Source: Callorhinchus milii (Eukaryota). Taken from it: a stretch of DNA of 64,000 bases. Positions 25,088 through 37,700 of the stretch are shown in pieces (within the stretch, counting starts at the first letter, position 1; each line of letters begins with the position of its first letter). A program made the translations under genes and the position numbers. The stretch lies in assembly GCF_018977255.1 (NCBI RefSeq), contig NW_024704742.1, positions 84,570,001 to 84,634,000 on the forward strand, written 5' to 3'. The notes beneath the pieces are model-generated. The model was not told the DNA's origin and did no database searches. It worked only from the letters and a program-made list of their open reading frames with translations.

Positions 25088-25640
25088 CGGCGGGGGGCGG
25101 GGCCTGGCTGGCGGGGGGCGGGGCCTGGCTGGCGGGGGCGGGGCTGGCTGGCGGGGGGCGGGGCCTGGCTGGCGGGGGGCGGGGCCTGGCTGGCGGGGGC
25201 GGGGCCTGACTGGCGGGGGCGGGGCCTGGCTGGCGGGGGGCGGAGCCTGGTTGGCGGGGGGGCGGGGGCGGGGCCTGGCTGGCGGGGGCGGGGCCGGGCT
25301 GGCGGGTGGCGGGGCCGAGCTGGCGGGGGGCGGGGCCGGGCTGGCGGGGGGCGGGGCCGGGCTGGTGGGGGGCGGGGCCGAGCTGGCGGGGGGGGCGAGC
25401 TGGCGGGGGGCGGGGCCAAGATGGCGGGGCGGGGCCGAGCTGGCGGGGGCGGGGCCGAGCTGGCGGGGGCGGGGTCGAGCTGGCGGGGGGCGGGGCCGGG
25501 CTGGCGGGGGGCGGGGCCGAGCTGGCGGGGGCGGGGCCGAGCTGGCGGGGGGCGGGGTCGAGCTGGCGGGGGGCGGGGCCGAGCTGGCGGGGGGCGGGGC
25601 CGAGCTGGCGGGGGGGCGGGGCCGGGCTGGCGGGGGGGCC
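25088..25640 (+). repeat. G-rich ~20-21-bp minisatellite (about 26 units, consensus GGCGGGGGGCGGGGCC(T/G)(G/A)GCT) upstream of the ECPAS ATG
   Basis: Tandem units seen directly, almost all containing GGGGCGGGG; array ends ~40 bp before the ATG. Confidence 0.97.
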
Positions 25641-25679
25641 GCGGAGGCTCACGGTTAAGGTCGGCGCCGCTGCTGCAAG

Positions 25680-25701
25680 ATGGCGGCCCAGGATGAGCTG
25701 A
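25680..25701 (+). CDS. ECPAS: ECPAS coding exon 1 (MAAQDEL)
   Basis: CAAGATGGCGG Kozak-like start; donor A|gtaagt; phase 1 joins exon 2 to give N. Confidence 0.92.
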
Positions 25702-28700
25702 GTAAGTTACTGAGCTGAGAGGAAGGAGAGAGGGAGCGGCAGTCACAGCCGCCTCTCTCTGCCCGGTGTGGGGCTGTTCGTGTGTCTGTGCCCCACACGG
25801 TGCTGTGCTGGCGGGCGGGCGGGGAGGGACCGGGTGCTGATGGTGAAGGGTTGCAGAGTGGGCCTCTGGGCAACATGACAGCCCAGAAAGTGAGAGAGAG
25901 TGAGAGAGAGTCGGCGGTTACACGCAGCCGCTGCCGTGTTAGCGCCTTCCAGCCCCGCTTCCCCTGGGCTGTGCTTTTAATGTGTGTGTAACCTCATGTT
26001 GCTGTGGTCTTGGGCTCGGCTGGTGGGGGGGAGGGGATGGTGGGGGGAGGGGATGGTGGGGGAGGGGATGGTGGGGAGGGGACCGGGTGCTGATGGTGAA
26101 GGGTTGCAGACTGGGCCTCTGGGCAACATGACAGCCCAGAAAGTGCACTTCTCCTCATTTTTTTTTCCTCGTCAGCTTGAATCATTCCTTTTTACCTCTG
26201 TCTCTGTTTCTGTCTCTCTCTCTCTCTTCATGGCTTGTTTTTTTTCTTTTCCTTTTTATGTGTGGCTTTTTTTCGGGGTGTCTTGCCGCAACCTTTAAAG
26301 CGTTCTGTGTTTCTCTGTTTTTAAAATTGTTCGGCTCTTTTGACAGTAACGGCTGCAGGCCTGTCTTTTCAGGTTTGGCTGGGCAGGAAAGGAGGAGTGT
26401 TTCTTGTCAAACAAGGCCATGTACAAGAAAACGAAACTAGGCTTGTAATGCACAAACCAGTATGCAAAATGGGTTTATTATCAAAAACAGAAGTCGCTGG
26501 GAAGTCAGCAGGTCAGGCAGCATCTATGGAGAAAGGAAAGTGAGTCAGTGTTTCGGGTCCACGACCCTTAGTTCTGACAAAGGGTCATGGACCCAAAACA
26601 TTGACTGATTTATTACTTGTATCTGAAAAGGAGTCCTGTAGCTCAGTGGTTAGAGTACTTGCCTTGCAAGCAGGATAACTGGGTTTGATTCCCGGCAGGG
26701 CAAAACGTTAGTCAAGTTTCCTTACTCTACACACCTCTGTTTACCTAACAGTAAGCAGGAACCCGGTTGTTAGTTGATTGGCAGATCGCTTTTCCGGAGG
26801 TAATACTTCCTTCAAAAAAAATGAATTTCCCATAAAATATAGTCAATTCATTTTACAGTATATTCTGTGAAGTGCTTTGAGACATCTCAAAGACGTGATC
26901 AGATGCAAGGATTATTTATTATTATTATTACTGCCAGGGATGCTACTTCACAGCCTATATTTAATTCACCATTGATTAGTCAGCCTGGCACAGTGGTAGC
27001 ACTCACCACCACTGAGGCAGAAGGTTGTGGGCTCAAGCTTCCCTTCGGGACTTGGAACACATAGTCCAAGTCCTGATATGGGGCTTGAAATCACAAAGTC
27101 TAAGAACGCATTCAAATGTAGTACTGTGGGATGTTGCATTATTGGAGGTACCTTCCTTCGGGTGAGATATTAAACCGAAATCCCATCTGCCTGTTCGGAT
27201 GGACATTTAAGATCCCATTGCCCTATTCGAAAAGAGAAGATAGTTTCTCCCAGTGTCCTGGTCAACATTCTCTCAAATAATTAATTTCATGTCTGTTTCT
27301 GGGACATTGCTATGTGCAATTGTGCTGCCACAAATGCAGTCATTTCATTTCACAGTAGTTCCTGTGAAGCGCTTTGCGATGTCCTTCTGATGTAATAAGC
27401 CGCTAAACCAAATGCAGGTACTTGTATTGTTATTATCATCAACTGATTTTTTTGAGGTAATTTTATTCCAGTTTGAATTTATTATAAACTTGACATAGTG
27501 CCTGTTGGTGTACTCGTTGCACTGTGGTGGGCACCCTAAGGAATAATAATCATGTTATAATCACTAGGAATTCCATTGGGAACTACAATATACTCCTTTT
27601 AATGGCATATCTGATAATTGCATACTCCAATTAATTGCACAGCAATTTCTAGGCACCAAAAAATTGCTATTTGTTTGTATGATATTGCACTCCAATCAAA
27701 TGCATATCGGATAATTGCATAATTCAGTTAAATGCGTGAATGATAGCCAGTCGATTTCATTCACACCTGTATAATTAGTTCAGATAATTGCATTGTTTGA
27801 GGAGTTGACCGGATGACCACAAACAATTTTACTTGCAGTTATAGCAACTTCTAAGAGGAGGTATACTATGCTTACTTTAGCTCACTCCTGAAGTAATAAA
27901 TACTCACTGCTGATATATACTGTGTTATGCTTTATGTAATCCTGAAGAATAAATATATATTGTTCGTTTATTCTACATGTAGTTATGAACTAACATCAGA
28001 AGTTTGGATAATTGCATCTTATATGCTGCATGATTGCATTCGCGGCATGTACATCTTATAATTGCATATGTATAATTGTCTACTCTATATGATTGCATAC
28101 TCTGCATAATTGCATACTGTGTAATTGCATGCCCCACACAATTTGGATACTCCGTGTAATTAATTGCGTGGTGTCTGTCCAGTCCCAACTGCACTCGATT
28201 ATAAGGAGTGCACTTTACATTTCAAATATTTCTTGCTTTTTCAGATTTGAAGAGGGGCATACAGATTTGTAGCTCAAAATAGTTTGGATGCTTTCACTGA
28301 CACTTTCAGTTAAAGTAACTGATGCGTGGCTTGTTCCCTGCTTTCTTTTGCCCAATTGTGATAACTTCCAAATAAAGAGCAGGGAACTTAGGGAAACAAG
28401 AACAGGAAGGAGTCAGCTATTCAGAATCTGTAGCCTGTTCCATCAGTTTGTTGGATCTTGTCAGATTGTTTGTTACCAATGCCCCGCCCTTTCGATTTAC
28501 TCCTTTATGCCTCTACCACCCAAGCATCTTCCCAGCAATCTTTTAAGTGATTTTTGTTTTTTTCGTCATTGAATACCATCAATCATAACTGCTTTTACCA
28601 GGTCACAATAAGTTTCTGTAATTGTAAATATTTGTTAAGTGTTGTCGTCATGTCGCCTCCGAAAGCTTTTCTTATATTGGGGTTGATACATTGATCAGTC

Positions 28701-31700
28701 TTCACCAGGCAGCCTCCCGCCTCTCCTCTCACAGTTAAAGCATATAGGGATATAACGTGATAGGGACATAACAACCCAGAACATCACACTGAAGTCTGTT
28801 TGTGTGCTGACTTTATTGTTTCTCTCTCTTTCATACATACACACACACTTTAATCATATAATAGTTGCTGTTTTTTTTACACTAAACATGCAGTGTTCGT
28901 GGGGGTTGAGCCAACATGAATTTTGTTCCCTGCTCTTAACATCACCTGATGGAAGTGGTTTCAGGATGAGGATGATTCACACTTGTGGACCTCCTATGCT
29001 TTAGTTCGTTAACCAACTGAGAACTGTCATCAGAATGTTGTTAAAAAACTTCAGTTATGAATCTTGTACATTATTTGAGTAATATGGCTAATGCTAAAAT
29101 GTAAAATTATTTTTAAAGTTTCTGATTTGAAACATTTTTGATCAATGGTGAGATTTTCTGATTCGGTTGAGAGGGCTCCTTGTTCTGCCCTGAAAAGTTT
29201 TTGCTTCGTAGAGTAGTTTTAGATACAATACAAAATTACATTTGTAAAGCGCCTTTCACATCGGGAGGACATCCAAGGTGCTGAATAGTCAGGGATTAGA
29301 TATCCCAGATCACTGGAATATTGGACTAGCAATTTTAATCAGTATCTGTGAAATAAAAATGCATAACTGAATTCACTGCTGCCATTTTCGCCTGTGAATA
29401 TACAATCATTACATTTTGCAGTGATATGTGAAGCGCATTGAGATGTTCTCCTTGATGAGAGTGTTGACATCATGGCCTTAACTGAAACCTGGCTCACCCC
29501 AGGCGACACCTTCCCCCTCACGGAGGCCACACCACCCGGCTACACCTCCCACCACATCCCTCGCCCCAACCGCCATGGCGGTGGTGTAGCCCTTATCTCA
29601 AGGACACCACTTGCCCTATCCCCTTACTCCACTGGCTCTTTCCCCTCTTTCGAGCACTTCACCCTCTCCCACCCCTCCCATCTCTCACTCAAAATCCTCC
29701 TCCTCCTCTACCGGCCCCCTAAAACCTCTCCCACCTTCATCTCCGATATTTCGACACTTCTTACATCTCTCTGCCTCTGCTCTGATTGCCTCATCATCCT
29801 GGGCGACTTCAAACCTGCACTTCACCCCCTCCTGCTCCATCTCCTCGGACTTCTCTTCCCTGCTCTCCTCGCTCAACCTCTCCCTCCACATCAACTCCCC
29901 CACTCACAGTCACGGCCACCCACTCGACTTGGTGATCACCCGGGGCCTCAGTGTCTCGGATGTCACTATCACCGACAAGGCCATCTCCGATCACCACTTC
30001 ATCTCCTTCACCACCTCCACCCCCTCCCCACCTCCACCAGACCCACCACCATCTTCTACCGCCCCTGGAAGAAGTTACCCCCACAATCCCTAACCGCTGC
30101 CTTGGAGTCCTCTGAACTCCTCTCCCTCTGGCCTTCAACCCTCACTGACCCCTCTTCTCCTCTCACCCTCCTCCACAACCCCGTCTCCACCCCACTCGAC
30201 ACTCTTGCCCCCATCAGCTCCCGTACTGTCTCCTACTCTCGCTCGCTCCCCCTGGTTCACCACCCACCTCCGCTCACTGAAGAGCCAGGTGCGGGCCGTT
30301 GAACGGCCTAAATCTGGCCTAACGGTCCACCGACAAATCTGGCTGGACCTCCTCAAAATCTACCGCTCCACTCTAGCCTCGGCCAAGTCGTCCTTCTACT
30401 CCAGGATAATCCTGGAGGCGAAGAACAACCCCAGGCTTCTGTTTTCTACCACATCCCGACTCCTCCGTCCCCCCCGCCACCCCGCGCAGGTCATCTCCTC
30501 CAACCTTCACTGCGAGAAGATGCTGGATTTCCTTGAATCCAAAATCAAGGGAATTCGCTCCGCAGTCACTTCCCCTCCAACTTCCCCCCACCCCCTCCCT
30601 CCCACACTCCGACTCCTACCCATCCTCCCCTACAGACCTTCGAACCCTTTTCCTCACCCTCTGTCACCAAACTCATCCTATCCCTGAAACCCATCACCTG
30701 CTCCCTTGACCCCATCCCCACTCCACTCCTTATCTCCCAGCTCCACCTCCTTGCCCCACATATCATCGACATTGTCAACCTGACCCTCTCCTCTTTCTCT
30801 GTTCCCATTCCCTTAAAAACTGCCACCATCACTGCCATCTTGAAAAAACCCTCCCTTGATGCGTCGCAGCTATCAAGCTACCGGCCCATCTCCAACCTCC
30901 CCTTCCTGTCCAAGGTCCTGGAACGAGTTGTCGCCTCCCAGCTGCGCTCTTTCCTCTCCACCCATTCATTATTCGAACCCCTTCAGTCGGGTTTCCGTGC
31001 TGCCCATAGCACAGAAACTGCCCTGGTCAAGGTCACCAATGACATCCTGACCATCTGTGACCAGGGCTCCCTCTGCCTCCTCGTCCTCCTCGACCTATCG
31101 GCAGCATTCGATACGGTCGACCACGCTATCCTCCTCCACCGCTTGTCCTCCCACCTCAACCTTCAAGGCCCTGTCCTTGAGTGGTTTAGGTCGTACCTTT
31201 CTCACCGTCTTCACTTTGTCTCCACAAATGGCTTCTCCTCCACCCCCCGCACTGTCTCGTGTGGTGTCCCTCAGGGCTCTGTCCTCGGTCCCCTCCTCTT
31301 CACCCTCTATATGCTCCCCCTTGGTGACATCATCCGCAGACATGGGGTTAACTTCCACATGTATGCGGATGACACCCAACTCTACCTTTCCTCCTCTACC
31401 CTCAACTCCACGACCACCGATGTCCTGACAGCTGCCTGTCCGACATCGAGTCCTGGACGAGAGACAACTTTCTTCAGCTCAACGTGCGCAAAACCGAGGC
31501 CCTCCTGATTGGCTCACGTCAGCGCCTCCGCACCTCAGGCGCTGACACCATCAGCATCCAAGGCTGCACTCTCCACCTCTCAAAGCCGTCAGGAACCTCG
31601 GCGTTTTGTTCGACCCTGAGCTGTCCTTTCTCCCTCACATCCGCACCACAACTGGCACCGCCTTCCATCACCTCCGGAACATCGCCAGACTACGGCACTA

Positions 31701-34700
31701 CCTCACCCCTCACGCTGCTGAAACCCTGGTCCACGCCTTTGTCACCTCAAGGCTGGACTATGGGAACTCTCTCCTCGCCGGCCTTCCCGCCACCTCCCTC
31801 CACAAGCTGCAGGTCATTCAGAACTCTGCAGCTCGTGTACTGTCCCGCACCAGGCTTCGGGACCACATCACTCCCACCCTCGCTCGCCTCCACTGGCTCC
31901 CCATCCCCCAGAGGATTGATTTCAAGATCCTCATCCTCACCTACAAGGCCATTCACGGCCTCGCTCCCTCCTACCTCTCTGACCTACTATCCCCCTACTT
32001 ACCCGCCCGTACCCTCCGTTCCTCTGGCTCCGGTCTGCTCCACATCCCCCGCCCCAACCGCCCTACCATCGGTGGTCGGGCCTTCAGCCTCTCAGCCCCG
32101 AGGCTCTGGAACTCTATCCCCCAGTGCCTTCGCCGCCTCCTCCCTTTCCTCCTTCAAGGCCGGTCTCAAGACCTTTCTCTTTGACCGTGCCTTCAGCTCC
32201 CCTCTCGACTCTCTACCCCCTCCTCACTCCCTCCCTTCCCTCCCCCTGACCATTTCCCCCCTGCTCGGGTCCTGACCCAACTGTCCAGCGCCTTGGGACG
32301 TCCTCCCGACGTGAAAGGCGCTCTATAAATGGAATCTTGTTGTTGTTGTTCTCCAGACATCGAATGCATGGACGTATTTTTCTGAAAAATGTCCAATTAC
32401 TATCTAGACTTAGGAGTTCCTTAGAGTTCATTACATAATATTTCCCCAAGACCTAATAAATTTAAGTCAACTGGAGGGCGAAAATACCTCACTGGTCTTC
32501 ATTGGGAATCCTAAAATGAGGATAGGGTGATGATTTCGATTTCTTTATTACAGTATAATAAAACAATGTTTTCGGTAGGTCGAGAATATTTGAACATGTT
32601 AACTCCACAAAGTGACGTGCAGCAAGTACATTAAAATTCCAGTTATAATGCACGGGCTAACCCCGTCATTCTCATTAGTTAGTTAAGATTTGCTTCCAGT
32701 GACTTAAACTTCAGGATCCGACCTGGATAAAAACTATCTGTGAAAGTGAAAACTTACCAGCACCTAAAGCTGTTTAGTAACATACATCAACTTCAATTAG
32801 TAGAATATTCTTTGGAGGGATTTGTGGAATTCTCATAAACTTATTGGGTGGTTTTTTCAGGAAAATAACATTGTTTATCTTTTATTTTTAGACCAACTTG
32901 AGCGGGTTTTTATGCGCCTGGGCCTAGCTGAGACAGATGAACAGCTACAAAGTATTATCTCAAAGTTTCTTCCTCCTGTTTTGCTGAAGCTGTCTAGTGT
33001 TCAGGAAGGAGTTCGTAAAAAGGTAAATCTTCATACAGTATTTTGCTACTCGTTTGATTTACCTTCTTAAGACTAAAGATTATTACATGCATTATTCTTG
33101 TGTGTATATGTAGAAAATTGATTTGATCTTCCTCCTTTGTGCATTAGATACTAATGATGTTTGAGTCAGTCCAAATTTTCTTTGGCGTACGTTTATTCAT
33201 GCCGCCATGTTTATTCAAGATCCTTTACTTAATCAATGGTGATGAACACCATTTTTGTCATCCAATAAATATTAGTCACTTTGAGCTGTTTCTATTGCCA
33301 GTTTTTCTTTCGTGCCTTGAAAATTACTGATTAGCTCACAGGTTTCTGAGAACAGTAAATGCACCCATGACCTTTAGGTCAGCTGAAAACTAGTAATATT
33401 CTAATAACCTTGTTGGATATAAGTGGATGTACAATTTACAGTTATTCTGTGTTCAAATTCAGGTCATGGAGCTATTGGTTCATCTCAACAAGCGCATTAA
33501 GAGCCGTCCTAAAATTCAGTTACCAGTGGAAACTCTGCTGGTTCAGTATCAGGATCCTGCAGCTGTGTCATTTGTCACCGTGAGTACCTGCCTAAATTAC
33601 CTGATAAGACATTTTCATTTATTTAAATCACTATGTGTACATGTGTTCCCAAATTACATACAGGAATAATATAATCAGATGCATACTGTTTTATGCAAAA
33701 TATGCAGCATTCAGAAAATGTTTTATTAATGCAATATTTGTTAAAGCATCAATCATGATTTATTTGGCACATTCGATATCTTAGTGAAAGAAATGTTTGT
33801 GTTTGCAGACATTTTACTTGGTAATGATATATGGCTATTTTAAAGGTGCTACTTTCAGCATATAACTTGTAGGAAAAGAGTGTGAATTTCTTACAAAAAT
33901 CCGTTTCAAGAGTTGTTCCACTCATGTAGGATTATGCCAGTAAACTTTGCTTCAATCTGATCTGAACAATGAAACTTTTTACTGAAAAACAGATTACATG
34001 TTTGTTTTCACTACTACTTGGCTTATAAAGGACTTCTTTCAAACAGTTTATTTGCACCTAGGTAACAAGCTATGTTTTTATTTTTTAACTCCAGAACTTC
34101 ACTATAATATACATCAAGATGGGCTATCCTCGTTTATCTGTAGAGAAACAGTGTGAATTGGCACCTTCCTTGGTTACTGCAATGGAAAGCAAACCTCAGC
34201 CACAGCAAGACAGGTATTGCTTAAACCTAGATCTTCTGTTGAAGATAGCACTAAGATTTAATACCATCTGTGGTTAAACTCTATTTTGAGTAACTTTTGA
34301 GCTCATAGACTGACATGCCAGTCCAGTGGGAGACTGTTGCTTTGTTGGAGGTACCTACATTCAGATAAAACATTGTGTCAACATGTCTCCATTGGTAGCA
34401 CTCTCACTTCTGAATCAGAAAGTGCTAGGAGTGTGCTGCATTGTTGGACCAGGTTGGCATTAAAGATCCCATGGCACTATTCAAAAAGAGAAGGGAGTTT
34501 ATCCTGATGTCCTGCCAACGATCTCGCAGATAAAATTGGTCACTCATTCCATGGCTGTTTGTGGGACGTTGTGTGCAAATTGGCTAACACGTTCGCCCAC
34601 AAAAATACTCAGTCATACCACTGTACAGTACACTTTACTGTGAAGAGCTTTGAAATGTTTTGACGACATGATAAAGATTCTCTGTCAAATGCGAAGATTA

Positions 34701-37700
34701 TTATTATTGCATTAAAACTGAAGTCTCGTGCCAGTTCAGATGGAAATTAAAGATCATGGCACTATTTGAAAAGAAAGGGGTTTTTCCTGGCAAAAAGTCC
34801 TCCAGACGAAATTAACATTCAACTCCTGGCGCTTCATAGATAAACATGGTGGTCAACATGCACATAGTAATGTTGGCCGCCGTGTTTGCCTATAATACAA
34901 AATCACTACAATTTATAATAATATTCCTTGCATTTGATATAGCGCCTTAGCACGCCTTCGAGACGTCTCAATGCGCTTCAAAGGATACATTGTAAAGTAT
35001 AGTAACTGTGTATTTGTGGGCAAAACGCGGCAGCCAATTGCTCACAAGATATTTATTAAAAATTTGTAGAAATCCCGTCTTTCAATGATGTGTTAATGAT
35101 GGTACCTCCCCCAACACTTTGAGATGCTATTCACTTGAAGGGCACTACATAAATGTAATTTTATAGAATCATACAACAGATTGCCTCACAGTTTAGACTG
35201 AGATAGCTGCTCTGCCACATACTAAATCTCGATTCGAAGCAGATCAAGATAATTATGACCAATTATGGTTCTTTTTCAGCCTGATGCAGTTACTAATCCC
35301 AACATTGTATCATATGAAGTACGCAGTGGAAGTAACCAAAGCAACATCTCCTTTCAACTTGGGAGAGAAACCAAAGATTGTTCAGCAGCTATTGGACTTC
35401 ATGTTGGATGTCCTGTTGATGCCTTATGGGTGAGTACGTGAAAGAGTTGTATCTTTCTGTAATTCAAGCCTGTTTATCTTTTGGAAATCATTAAAACACA
35501 TTGTGTAGTCACTAGTGGCAGTATTGACCAGGCTAACTAACAAGGCCTTATTTTATACTTTGTTTCCAGTGAAAATATACAACAGGTACCCATCGAGCCC
35601 TCGTGTTATTTAAGCAGTTCTGATGTGTTACAATTCCTTAACAAGCTGGTTGCAATTTTTTAAAAGCTCTTTTCGCTCCTTCTAAAATTTTGGCAACATT
35701 GTGGCTAATTATATAATCTTCATCTACTGTATTAACTGAGATGTGTGAACAGATTGGGGTTGAACTTTGGACCTTAGTGATTGATTGAGCTCAGTATCGT
35801 ACCATATGGTGCTTTTACTCTCTTAATATTCCCCTCACTGGCTTCACCCCCTCGTTCCAACAGTGTAAGCTTGCAACTCTTCAAAAACTTCTCAGCTGTG
35901 TCCTCTCACGCACCAGGTTCCCTAACACTTATTATCCTCATCCTCACTAGCCTCATAATTCTAAATTCAAAATCCTTGTCCCATCCTCGATGCTTTACAA
36001 TGTTGCCCTGCCTCTGCTATCTCCTCCAGCCATAGCTTCCTGCATGTACTCTCTGCTTTTGCAACTCTGGTCACCGTCCACTTCACATCAATCCCCCCTC
36101 TTGCACCATATTTTCCAGCCTTCGGAAGTGTTTTATAAACATCTGGCTGCTGGATTTCACCCACAAAATATACAGTCAATCCACTTTATAATATATTCTG
36201 TGAAGCACCTTGAGACGTCTCAACGACGTAAAAATGTACTACATCCAGTGCAAGGATTATTATTTTACTGCAGACAACAAATGGGTAGTTTTAGGCAAAC
36301 AGAAAAAACAAAAATAAACGAGCTTAGAATCAGAGATGACTTTTGATTTTGGAATTTATAAACTAAAAATAATTTTAAATGTTCAAGGTGCTAGTTGAAC
36401 CTAACTTTCCTATTCTCATTCGGTAATGTCTCTAAATGTTGTAGCAATAGCAACAGAAAATTGAGGGGATTATTTTTCATTGCATCTTGGGTGGTTTGTT
36501 TCTATTTTAGGTTTATATTGAGTGAGCCACAAAATCGACCTAGCCAAGGCCCGCAAGGTGTCAATGGTGGTGCTGTTGGTCTTGCTCAGCCACCAGCTGG
36601 CATGAGCTCCTATGCAGCTAAGCGTGTGGTTGGTGATAATCCGTGGACACCTGAACAGCTAGAACAGGTACCGAATTGTGCTTTAGTAACAGCAGTACAA
36701 TAATGTAAACTTCTTGAAATACAACATGACTAACTTGAAGGTATGCTTACGTGTTTATTGTGGTAAATTTTTAACTAATTGGTATCTTGTATGATGAGGC
36801 ACACTAGAAAAACAAGCTAATTATGTGTAAACACACTTCCTGCACCCCTAAAAAATCCTCACAGTTGTCTCATAATAATTGTATGAAGCATTGTACTGAC
36901 TGATCCTCATTTAAATAATATTAAAGATTTAAGGAAGACAGAAAAAATAAGTTAATATTCTGTAACAATGGCTAAAACATTGTACTGTTAGGCTGAAAGG
37001 TAAAGTTTCATGGTTTTCAACCGTCTGTAATCGGTAGTGGTCTGTAATCTTATTAAAAAAATTTGGGTAATTTAAAATTGTCTTGCTGAAAATGTTAAGA
37101 TTTGACTGATAACAGGCTGGATTTATGAATGTTTAGCTTTGAATGTTTATCACAACAGTCTGGTTTCAATCGGTTATAAACTCAGGCTGTGGATTGTGTT
37201 TCTTTTAGTTAACATTTTGATGTAATGTTCACATGTCCTCTCGATGTGAAAGGTGGTATGTAAGTGCTATTTGTTGGTGTTTTAAGCCATTAAATTCTTA
37301 TATGTAAATCAAACTAACTATGACCCCGAATAATAAATCGTTCAGTTTGTTGGAAGAGTAATATTATTTGAAAAGTGTTTTATGCAGTAGAATTTTAACA
37401 CAGAGCAAACACCAGCACACCATTAAATGGATTGAATGGCCTCCTATTCTCATAGATTTCAATGGTTCTATTCTACATTGGCTTCTTTATCTTTAAAGTT
37501 AAATTGTTTTTTTAAATTTGAAATACCTACTACTATTCTGTATAACTTATGATGACTAACCCTACATTTCTATTTGAAAACAGTGTAAACTGGGAATTGT
37601 GAAATTCATTGAAGCAGAACAGGTACCAGAAAATGAAGCGATTGTTCACCTGGTGGTAGCGTCCAGTGATACACGACACAGCGTAGCAACTGCTGCAGAC

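Larger units (their letters stand above)
25080..25960 (+). promoter_or_regulatory. CpG-rich promoter/first-exon region of ECPAS with many Sp/KLF GC boxes and a YY1-type AAGATGGCGGC motif overlapping the start codon
   Basis: CpG-dense GC-rich island in an AT-rich background, surrounding exon 1; TSS not determinable from sequence. Confidence 0.75.

Noticed and set aside
25088..25640. CRISPR-like array
   Set aside because: No unique spacers; simple tandem units in a vertebrate genome.
24888..25746. Long Pro/Arg- and Gly-rich ORFs (254, 274, 135, 131 aa) as genes
   Set aside because: They are translations of the G/C minisatellite, which lacks stop codons by composition.
29472..32275. Active autonomous LINE or host RT gene
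   Set aside because: 5'-truncated, no ORF1, and ORF2 has several frameshifts (some homopolymer ones could be sequencing errors).
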